Assembly (NCBI RefSeq): GCF_006345805.1
Contig: NW_021825402.1
Location: 1 to 15,752, forward strand
Source of the DNA: Octopus sinensis
Lineage: Eukaryota
Length of the DNA stretch: 15,752 bases
Direction of reading: 5' to 3'
Shown: positions 1 to 8,215 of the stretch, in pieces
Layout: every line of letters starts with the position of its first letter
How positions within the stretch are numbered: the stretch's first letter is position 1
Made by a program: the position numbers and the translations under genes
The notes under the pieces: model-generated
Told to the model about the DNA's origin: nothing
The model's database searches: none
Seen by the model: the letters and a program-made list of their open reading frames with translations, nothing else

Positions 1-59
1 GATTTGCATATGTTTGAGTTTGTATGTCCGTTTAGACATACCTATATGCCTCTATGTGT

Positions 60-240
60 TTATGTGTGAATGCTTCTGTATACATACATCCATATATACA
101 TACGAACTCACACCCATATGCATACACACACACACACGCATATATGTATGTATATATATAAATCTATATACATATGTATATATTATATATGTATATATAT
201 ATATATATACATACACACACATATTTACATTTATGCATAC
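60..240. repeat. Compound (TA)n/(CA)n microsatellite
   Basis: Dinucleotide runs visible directly; they explain the Y/I/H/T-rich ORFs at 14-271. Confidence 0.95.
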
Positions 241-449
241 AATAAAAATGTGTCTCAATAAAATAAAATAAAAATGGCATACAAACTTTCAGTAACTCAA
301 AAAATATGCAATTATTTCCCTTCGCAATAAATATATATATATATATATTTGTTTGTTTAATTTTATTTTTTGAGTTATATATTTCTCAAATCGGTTGTTA
401 AATATTGCTAATATAAGCGCCATTATATCGTAGCAGCGGCCATGTTTAA

Positions 450-596
450 ATGGCGGCCTTTTGTAAACATCCAGTCTATATAAAACGAAAGATGATTGGA
501 AAAGACAAAAAAGAAATCTTGAAATATCTACGTCAAGGAAGAAATGTTATTATGAGTGCCGCATACGTGGCCGTTCTATTTGCTAGAAATAGTTAA
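450..596 (+). pseudogene. 48-aa ORF resembling the N-terminal CENP-B/psq-type HTH of pogo/Tigger (Jerky-like) transposases; probable decayed transposase fragment
   Basis: aaATGGCG at 450 reads MAAFCKHPVYIKRKMIGKDKKEILKYLRQGRNVIMSAAYVAVLFARNS* (TAA 594-596). KRK..KDKKEILKYLRQG fits the KRK...K-D-K-x-[DE]-I-[IL]-K-x-L-x-x-G pattern recalled from Jerky/TIGD proteins. A Tigger-like end TTTACTG|TA follows at 601-609. Family match is from memory. Confidence 0.45.
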
Positions 597-660
597 CAAA
601 TTTACTGTATCGCCCCGTATCGTCTGATTCATGGAAGGGCAATTTAAGTAATTATTTTCT

Positions 661-693
661 TGATTATCGATACTATGATTATCGATACTATGA
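661..693. repeat. 15-bp tandem duplication (TGATTATCGATACTA x2.2)
   Basis: Exact repeat at 661-675 and 676-690. Confidence 0.95.
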
Positions 694-909
694 GCAACCC
701 ACAAGTCCTAGGGCCAAAACAAAATAAGAAAAGAAAAAAATGGATAGAAATCAAGAAAAATTCTATAAGTTAATGATTTATCTAGCTAATATATAGCTTC
801 TGTATGTCTTTTGGATCTTATATTGGAGAGGTAAATCAAGGGAGATAAATAGAGAATATGAAATGAACGAAGTGAATTACGTAGGGAAGAAGTATGTTTG
901 TCTATTCTT

Positions 910-1337
910 TTGTGTGTGTGTGTATTTGCGTGTGTGTGTTTGTTTGTGTGTCTGTATGTGTTGGTGTGTGTATGCATGTGTGTGTATGCATGCGTGTGTG
1001 TAGATAGTTTAAATGGAGACAGATAAATATAAATACAAATATATGGACACTCACATATAATGATGTAAGTAAATATATAGACCATTATTAGATAGGTAGG
1101 CAGACAGACAGGCAGACAAACACATGAACAGCTAGACGGATGGAGAGACAAGTAACTAAAAAGACAGATGGATAAATAGAGGGTGAGAGAGAGAGAGTGA
1201 AGGAGAAAGAGTGTGAGAGAGAGAGAGTGAAGGAGAAAGAGTGTGAGAGAGTGTGTGTGTGAGAGAGAGAGAGTGAGAGACAGACAGACAGACAGACAGA
1301 TAGATAGACGGATAGACAGACAGATTGATAGATAGAT

Positions 1338-1420
<83 letters not shown>

Positions 1421-1445
1421 CAAACAGACAGGCAGATAGATAGTC
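910..1445. repeat. Compound (TG)n, (GA)n, (ACAG)n, (AGAT)n microsatellites, including a perfect 30-bp duplication at 1183-1242
   Basis: Direct inspection. Confidence 0.95.
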
Positions 1446-1607
1446 AGTAAGCGATCAACACATACGTTACAGTGGTTAAATGCTGTTCAGTTACAAGCCA
1501 ACATGATAATTTCAGAAGATAAAATGGAGGCTTGGAAGAAACGAAAGGAGACAGAGAGGAGAGAATTGCTTTCGCAAAGCCCAAAAATAAAAATATATAA
1601 AATAATA

Positions 1608-1613
1608 ACAATA

Positions 1614-1678
<65 letters not shown>

Positions 1679-1686
1679 TAATAGTG

Positions 1687-1727
<41 letters not shown>

Positions 1728-1842
1728 GTAATAATAAAAATAATAATAATAATAATAGTAATAATAATAATAATAATAATAATGATAATAATAATAATAA
1801 AGAATAAATAAATAAATAATAAATAAATAAATAAATAAATAA
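1608..1842. repeat. (AAT)n then (AAAT)n microsatellite
   Basis: Direct inspection; source of the poly-N/I/Y/L ORFs. Confidence 0.97.
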
Positions 1843-2169
1843 AAGACATTTCAGAAAAACTCGAAGACAAGGAATATAAAACATGAAAAACATGACACGA
1901 CAAGGTGAATAATAAGATATAAATTAGAGTAAGTTCTTGCTAACAACAAGATTCACAGATGTACGTGATGGCAATATCTTACATAATACTACATGCAGAA
2001 ATACTGATACTAGAAAGAAGGAAAAAAATGTGTTGAAAGGAGAGAAGAAAAAAAAGGCTAACAAAAAATATAGAGAGTCAAAGAAACGAAACGAAACGAA
2101 AAATGGATAGAAGCCACGTCTATGTAATAATGGAGGTGAGAATGAGTGTCTGAATATGAATTATGGCGA

Positions 2170-2773
2170 GAGTGAGTGACAGAGTGAGAGAGACAGAGAG
2201 AAAGAGGGAGAGCAGGTTAGGGTGGTGGTAGTGGTGGTGGTGGTGGTGGTGGTGGTGGTGGTGGTGGTGGTGGTGGTGTGTGATCGTGAGGAGAGGAGAG
2301 GAGGGAAAAAGAATGTATAAAGATGCATGGATTGATGTTGGGATGGAGGGAGGGAGGGATGTGATGAAAGGGAGTTAAGGACGTATGGAAAAGAAAAGAC
2401 AAGAAAATATTGAGAAGAAGAAAAAGAAGAAGAAGAAGAAGAAAAAGGAAGAGGAGAAGAAGAAGAAGAAGAAGAAGAAGAAGAAGGAAAGAGGAGAGAA
2501 GAAGAAGAAGAAGAAGAAGAAGAAGAAGGAAGAGGAGAAGAAGAAGAAGAAGAGAAGAAGAAGAAGAAGAAAAAGAAGAAGGAGAATAAGAAGAGGAGGA
2601 AGAACACGAACAAGAACAAGAAGAACAAGAAGAAAACGAAGAAGACGAAGAAGAAGACGAAGAAGAAAACGAAGAAGAAAACGAAGAAGATGATGATGTT
2701 GATGATGATGAAATCAATGTTAAAACATCTCAATACAACTAGATGAAAAGTAGATGTAGTCGCTGCTCTTGTC

Positions 2774-2808
<35 letters not shown>

Positions 2809-2886
2809 TAGTAGTAGTGTAGTAGTAGTGGTGGTAGTAGTAGCAGTAGTAGTAGTGGTAGTAGTGGCAGCAGTAGCAGTAGCAGT
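2170..2886. repeat. Compound (GA)n, (GGT)n, long (GAA)n polypurine tract (2385-2700) and (GTA)n microsatellites
   Basis: Direct inspection; source of the poly-K/E/R and poly-S/F ORFs. Confidence 0.95.
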
Positions 2887-3115
2887 CATGTCTGTTTACG
2901 TTTTGTTGTTGTTTAGCCCTAGTCCAGTATTGATTCAATATTAATAGGATCACGGCTTATGTCTAATACATGCTTTCATATATATTTGCATACATGTGTG
3001 TGTGTATGTGTGTATATTGTTCTACTACTTTTTCCTAGGTGTGTTTTTGGTGTGATTAGTTTGTGATGTAATGTTGATTGAGAAACGTAGTATCTGGTAG
3101 ACTATGTGTGTTGTA

Positions 3116-3321
3116 TAATGGTGCTCAACCATCTTTTCTGCCTGTGGACACTTGTGGTTCCCATTTTACTATGGTGGACCTCCATAGCCATTCAATTCAT
3201 ATGAAAAAAGCCTTACTGTATTTTCATAATTAATTATTAGGAATTACATTTTTAAAAAATCAATAATTAAATCTTGTATCGACTCACTACGTGCCAGATG
3301 GTCCCCGGTTGAGTACCACTG
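3116..3321. mobile_element. Non-autonomous hAT (Charlie-like) MITE, ~206 bp
   Basis: Imperfect 15-bp TIRs: TAATGGTGCTCAACC (3116-3130) vs GGTTGAGTACCACTG (3307-3321), 12/15 match. They resemble the CAGTGGTTCTCAACC hAT end. No 8-bp TSD is recognisable. Confidence 0.65.
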
Positions 3322-3339
3322 GCCTAACTGTAATTTCTG

Positions 3340-3700
3340 GAATAAGATCTTTGTTATAAGTGCTGTGTTACAGCTATAAGTTATCATCTCTGTTTACGCT
3401 GATGTTATTGTAGTAATAATCTGGTGGATTCCCAGGTAGCGTTTATATCTTGAATGCTGTTGACAACACATGATTCAGTAGTACTGCACCGGTGTCGAAA
3501 GCGTAATGATATCTGTGTGGCAGCTGATGACGGGCATTCACATTTTTTTTTTATGTTTGACTGTGAATTTCTTATATCTTAGCCTTGTATTCTGAGTTGC
3601 CCTTCATTCTTATGAAGTGGAATATGTTTGTTGATTCATAGTTTGTGGGGGGGTCACTTACAGTGGTATTATGGGGTTTCCTTCTAAACTAATCCTATTA
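3340..3700 (-). mobile_element. Possible highly decayed Penelope-like element GIY-YIG region
   Basis: Colinear minus-strand peptides with stops and frameshifts: LEGN..VT..TY..ATQNTRLRYKKFTVKH, then STTES..IQDINATWES, then YYNNIS. They follow the order recalled for Neptune/Poseidon endonucleases (CPLEGxC...YIGxTxNTFKxRYxxHK..F...STELS...ITWEI...YNNISKRC). Confidence 0.3.
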
Positions 3701-4034
3701 GGCTTGAATGACGCTAAAAGGTTTGTTAGTCAACCATATCGATTCGATTAATTATCTCACCCTGGTTAACCTCGTACCTATTTTATCGCCCTATCTTTTT
3801 CCCCACCTCCACTGTTCGATTACCCGATATACATAAACAACAACACAGTGGTTTTCCTTCTTGATTAATGAGTAAATACATTGTAAATACATGCAAACGT
3901 ATACAAAAAATACACAAGCATCTATCTAGATACTACACAGACACACACACAACACACACACACACATATTGTCTCGAATAATTGGCTCAAGGCCAAGGTG
4001 GAGTAAATAGAATACATAGGCCATAGTATCCAAC

Positions 4035-4108
4035 GGTACTTATTTTATTGACTCCCGAGAAGATGAGAGACACAGTCAACGTCAGCGGAATATGAACTCT
4101 GATCATAA
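4035..4108 (-). mobile_element. Degraded tRNA-derived SINE fragment (same family as 8781-8992)
   Basis: GGTACTTATTTTATTGACTCCCGAGAAGATGAGAGACACAGTCAACGTCAGCGGAATATGAACTC aligns to 8855-8920 in this window. Confidence 0.75.
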
Positions 4109-4115
4109 AGAAATC

Positions 4116-4250
4116 TAGCAGTTCGGCAAAAGTAACCAATAGAATAAGTATTAGGTTTACAAAAATAAGTCCTGGGGTCGAGTTCTTCAAGTAGAAACGG
4201 TGCTCCAGCATGGCCGCAGTCAAATGACTAAAACGTGTGTCAGTAAAGAG
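4116..4250 (+). mobile_element. 3' part of a SINE (same family as 13870-14266)
   Basis: AATAAGTCCTGGGGTCGAG...CGGTGCTCCAGCATGGCCGCAGTCAAATGACT is the reverse complement of 13891-13960. Confidence 0.8.
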
Positions 4251-4366
4251 CACTGTGTTGACTATATATATTCACACACACACGCACACTCACACACACA
4301 CAAACACACGCACAAACACACAGGCACTCACTCAGACACACACATATATATGCATATGTGACTACA

Positions 4367-4530
4367 TGTGAATCGTTGGCGATTATTTTCCCTTCGTCTT
4401 CCTTTCTATTGGACACTCCTCTGTTTCTGAAGAAGAGCCTTGCTCGAAACGTTAAACCATCTTTCTTTCCTTCCTTGAGCGTCTGCTAATAATTTACTTG
4501 TAACACGTGCTCGCGTTATGTTTTTTGTGA
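4367..4530 (+). mobile_element. Short repeat carrying a hammerhead motif (Penelope pLTR or retrozyme-like remnant)
   Basis: Contains the motif at 4423-4457. The flanks (AAACCATCTTTCTTTCCTTCCTTGAGCGTC...CACGTGCTCGCGTT) resemble a recurrent octopus repeat as I recall it. Confidence 0.5.
4423..4457 (+). ncRNA. Minimal type I hammerhead ribozyme motif (Penelope-type, palindromic stem III)
   Basis: Stem I GUUU 4423-26/AAAC 4454-57; core CUGAAGA 4427-33; extra A4434; stem II GAGC 4435-38/GCUC 4442-45, loop CUU; GAAA 4446-49; palindrome AACGUU 4448-53; cleavage triplet GUU 4451-53. Confidence 0.65.
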
Positions 4531-4614
4531 GTTTCTTGCTCTTCTTTTTGGGGGATATACTATATATATATATTAACATAACTACACACACTCAAATGCG
4601 CTCGCGCACACGCA

Positions 4615-4758
4615 CCAGGGCGCTACGCCGTTTCCACAATGGCAAATTTCTGCCACATAATTGATTAGGCCTTAGCAATATATTCCGGATTTGCCGAACA
4701 TCGGAATCGAAACAACCACCTGTTTAAGTAACCGAATTCATAACCAGAGCTCATATAC
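4615..4758 (-). mobile_element. Highly degraded SINE copy
   Basis: Patchy similarity to 14109-14266 (GGGC...GTTTCC...CAAAT...GGAATCGAAAC...AACCA). Confidence 0.35.
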
Positions 4759-4764
4759 AAACTT

Positions 4765-4778
4765 ACATACATACACAC

Positions 4779-4809
<31 letters not shown>

Positions 4810-4843
4810 CATACATACATACATACATACATACATACATACA
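4765..4843. repeat. (ACAT)n microsatellite; a second tract lies at 5358-5510
   Basis: Direct inspection. Confidence 0.97.
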
Positions 4844-4844
4844 T

Positions 4845-5357
4845 GGTGGCTGCCCCTCATTATTGAGTATGGCCATTGCACGAAGCTTAATCAATTTTGT
4901 TATCGTGCAATGCCTATGCAAGAAGATTTTTTTAAAGTGAAGAAAGGCTGCGCACTGAGTCAATCCCACACAGTAAGCAACAGCAGCCATAATCCGAAAA
5001 GAAGAACAAGTCAACATCATCGGTAACCACTGAGTCGCAGGGTTTATATCGGAGTTATCCCAGTTACCTGAGTTACCTTCTTCTAGAAGGATGCCCTAAC
5101 AAAGGCTAGGAGTCCTTCACTCTCAATGGTTTAACCGCGCGATCGGGTATTCAGTCCGATTATTTCTATGTCCCCGCGCATGATACAGACTTAAGACATT
5201 TATTGGATGGCGGCCATAACTCTGAAGAGTTCCTCCGCCCTTTGACGGGTTTTGCTTTTCATCCCGCAGGAAGTCCAATAAAGACCCTGCTCACCAAGCA
5301 AGCTTGGTGGGGTTGCCGGTTTAGTCGCCGACGACCCGACCATGAAACAGGTTGTAC
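4845..5357 (+). mobile_element. Probable 5' UTR fragment of an RTE-clade LINE, bounded by (ACAT)n tracts
   Basis: GAGTTACCTTCTTCTAGAAGGATGCCCTAACAAAGGCTAGGAG and GGTTTAGTCGCCGACGACCCGACCATGAAACAGGTTGTAC resemble RTE 5' UTR motifs recalled from memory. Several strong hairpins; no ORF. Confidence 0.45.
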
Positions 5358-6029
5358 ATACATACATACATACATACAAACAAACAAACATACATACGTA
5401 CATAAATAACATACATACATACATACATACATACATACATACATACATACATAAATACATACATACGTACATACTTACATACATACATATATGCATACAT
5501 ACATAATAACACACGCACACAAACACACATACACGCCCCAAGCTCACGCGCGCATAGTTGTGGTGGGAGCGTTTGCGGGTGTGTGTGATGCGTGACGTGT
5601 GGGAATATACAGAGTTGTCACCATTGACAATACACAACCAACAGTACGTCAGTTGTACAAACCTGTATGTCAGCAATTAGCTGACATTAAATTGAATACA
5701 TGACACTCAAATAACTCTCCTATCCTTACTCCATCCCTCATTAATACCCCCCTCTCTCTGCTTCTTTTTGCTTTTTTACTCTCACTCTTCACAGTCTTCC
5801 TAAGGCGCTCTCATTCTCTCTATACCTCCCTCTGTCTCTCTGTCTCTCTCTCTCTCTCTCATTTTATTACCACCAAGCTTACTTTCTATGCCACCTTATC
5901 TCTTTTACTATACAGACATATATATATATCCATGTTTCCTTTCTTCTCTCCGACTCTTCCCCCTCTCTCGTCCTTCATCTAGCTTTCGTACTCTGGTACA
6001 ACTATATGACCACCTTTCTCTCTCACACA

Positions 6030-6320
<291 letters not shown>

Positions 6321-6569
6321 GTATGTCACTATGTCGGTCTCTATGTTTGTATGTATAAATAGATCCATGTACATAAATCTGAACAAAATTCTAAAAATAT
6401 TGGTCTATTACTTATCTATGTCAAATCATGTCAAAGCATGACTGAGACAAGTAAGAAACAAAAGATAGAGTAAGTACCACTGAAGTACCAGTCGAGTACC
6501 AATCAGTTATCTTTCTTCTACACGCTAGATCTAGTACCTATACTAGAAACAAATATTCCATGGTGCTTG

Positions 6570-6760
6570 ATTGAAAGACTCGGTAGAGCAACGGAAATCT
6601 GCTCCCAGGTTTTTTATCCTGTTTTCAAACTCCTTTACAGTTCATCTTTTCAAGGTCATTAAAATAAAGTAGCAATCAAGTCCTGAGGTCTATGGTTCGG
6701 ACCAACACTGTCCTGCCCCCTCAAAATTGCTGGCCTTGTACCAAATTCAGAAACTGTTAT
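6570..6760 (+). mobile_element. Degraded SINE, upstream member of a head-to-tail pair
   Basis: TTCATCTTTTCAAGGTCATTAAAATAAAGTAGCAATCAAGTCCTGAGGTC...CCCCCTCAAAATTGCTGGCCTTGTACC resembles the SINE 3' half at 7675-7770 and 9125-9180. Confidence 0.55.
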
Positions 6761-6761
6761 T

Positions 6762-6962
6762 AAGGCGGCGAGTTGGCAGAATCATTAGCGCGTCGCACAA
6801 ATTGCTTAGAGACATATAGGATATTTACGTTCTGAGTTCAAATACCGCCGAGATCAACTTTGGCTTCAATTGTTACGGGTTTTATAAAATAAGAACCAGT
6901 CCAAGCACTAAGATCAATACGTGCAACTCTTTCCTCTAAATGTGACTATATTAGAAACGATT
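6762..6962 (+). mobile_element. tRNA-derived SINE, near full length, running into an (ATT)n tail
   Basis: AAGGCGGCGAGTTGGCAGAATCATTAG (A-box-like) and GAGTTCAAATACCG (B-box-like); aligns with 9023-9198. Confidence 0.85.
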
Positions 6963-6972
6963 ATTATTATTA

Positions 6973-7031
<59 letters not shown>

Positions 7032-7062
7032 GCTGTTCTTGTTGTTGTTATTATTATTACTG
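6960..7062. repeat. (ATT)n/(GTT)n microsatellite; similar tract at 7505-7645
   Basis: Direct inspection. Confidence 0.97.
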
Positions 7063-7495
7063 TTGAGTGAGAGAGCAGAGCATGCCCTCGATGTGACACT
7101 GATGTACAAATATACGAAGCCCAGTATACCTATCATCACTACCCGTCTGATAAGGGTACTCCAGGTACATGTATCACAACCATATCTGCACAACATGGTG
7201 ATCTCATATCAAGATAAACAGTGCATGACCTTGTAGGTGGGGCTCAGTTAGAATTTTCTTCAGATTGAATAGCCCATCTCGCTCAAAAGGTTTCCAAAGG
7301 TGAATGATCCAAACCCCAAAAAATGCTCCCCACTACATCTACTCGTAATCAGAGATGCACATATCCTCAGCCACTAAGGGACATGCTCAACTGGTTAAGG
7401 TCAAGCAATTGAGAAGCGAACCTGGGGTTTTGAGAAGAATATTTGCCGCAGCCCATCTTTTTTACCAAGACAAAACAATGTTCATCATAACACTT
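7063..7495 (-). mobile_element. 5'-truncated non-coding retroposon with an (AAT)n 3' tail
   Basis: Minus strand ends ...GCTCTCTCACTCAACAGTAATAATAAT.... I recognise it as an abundant octopus interspersed repeat; family not assigned. Confidence 0.6.
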
Positions 7496-7602
7496 TCTGC
7501 CTTACTATTATTACTATTATTATTATTATTATGTTGTTGTTGTTGTAGTTAGTGGTGGTGGTGGTGGTGGTGGTGGTAGTGTTGCTGTTGTTGTTGTTGT
7601 TG

Positions 7603-7644
<42 letters not shown>

Positions 7645-7647
<3 letters not shown>

Positions 7648-7786
7648 ACCCGAAACGATGAAAGGTTGACTTCGCCTTTGATTTTTTTGGGGGTCGATAA
7701 ATCAAGTACCAGTCGAGCACCAGTAAACGACTTACCCCTCCCCCACCCCATATATTGCAGGCCTTGTGTCTTTAGTAGGAAGGATT
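7645..7786 (+). mobile_element. SINE 3' half (7666-7786) preceded by an inverted fragment of the same segment (7645-7665)
   Basis: GGGGGTCGATAAATCAAGTACCAGTCGAGCAC...GGCCTTGTGTCTTTAGTAGGAAGGATT matches the family; ATGACCCGAAACGATGAAAGG is the antisense piece. Confidence 0.8.
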
Positions 7787-8215
7787 TAGAGTTTATCGAA
7801 AGGTGGGTGAAAGTTGCGAGAATGGCATGAGTGGATGGTACCCCTCTAAGTGTAGACCTACGAGTCGGTGAGAAGGAATTGGAGAGGGTACTCGCTCTTC
7901 GTGTTCAGGAAAATCTCGAACAGCGCGGTTCCCCGAATATCCCTAGAGATCATTATGTATCGGAAGGGCTACATCTCTATCGTCTTCCCCACTTTTTCTT
8001 TTCTTTAAACCCTTGCATACTATGTATATATTCCTTTCTTTTTCATTGTATACCGTGTATGCTTACATTTTTTTTGTCTCTAATCTAATTATTTTTTTCA
8101 TTTCTTTATTTCTAAACCTCAACACTTTGTCTTTGTATTGCCCCTCCCCCCTCTCATGGCAAATAAATGAAATCATTATTATTATTGTTGTCGTTGTTGT
8201 TGTTGTTGTTTATGA
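7787..8215 (+). mobile_element. 3' end of a LINE, probably L1/Tx1 clade: ORF2 C-terminal remnant, 3' UTR, AATAAA and simple-repeat tail
   Basis: EFIERWVKVARMA*VDGTPLSVDL (from 7789, TGA 7828-30) resembles the C-terminus of octopus Tx1-like ORF2 as I recall it. T-rich UTR, AATAAA 8162-8167, then (ATT)/(GTT) repeats. Confidence 0.55.

Larger units (their letters stand above)
411..693. promoter_or_regulatory. Promoter-like motif cluster (YY1-type GCCAT sites, TATA-like box, two DRE-like TATCGATA palindromes)
   Basis: GCGCCATTAT (417-426), GCGGCCATGTTT (436-447), AAATGGCGGCC (448-458), GTAAACA (463-469), TATATAAAA (477-485), ATTGG (495-499), TATCGATA (665-672, 680-687). About 15 CpGs in 391-684. 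Confidence 0.3.

Noticed and set aside
2905-2965. Degraded fragments of another octopus repeat (also 10035-10135, minus strand)
   Set aside because: Similarity is too weak and rests only on memory, so it is not listed as a feature.
3491-3540. Type II hammerhead built from GAAA (3497) and CTGATGA (3524)
   Set aside because: C10.1/C11.1 mismatch, no valid stem III (GAAAGCGUA) and a poor stem I. Kept only as a weak structured-RNA lead.
5222-5228. CTGAAGA as a second hammerhead core (also minus-strand cores near 7257 and 7364)
   Set aside because: No stem II followed by GAAA downstream.
6575-6612. GGTAGAGCAACGGAAATCTGCTCCCAGG as a continuation of the RTE leader
   Set aside because: It sits in register with a degraded SINE head whose body and tail follow at 6612-6760.
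7789-8088. In-frame TGA (7828-30) joining two ORFs, suggesting selenocysteine or readthrough
   Set aside because: Better explained as a nonsense mutation in a dead LINE ORF2 end. No SECIS-like stem recognised downstream, and the later reading is LINE 3' UTR.
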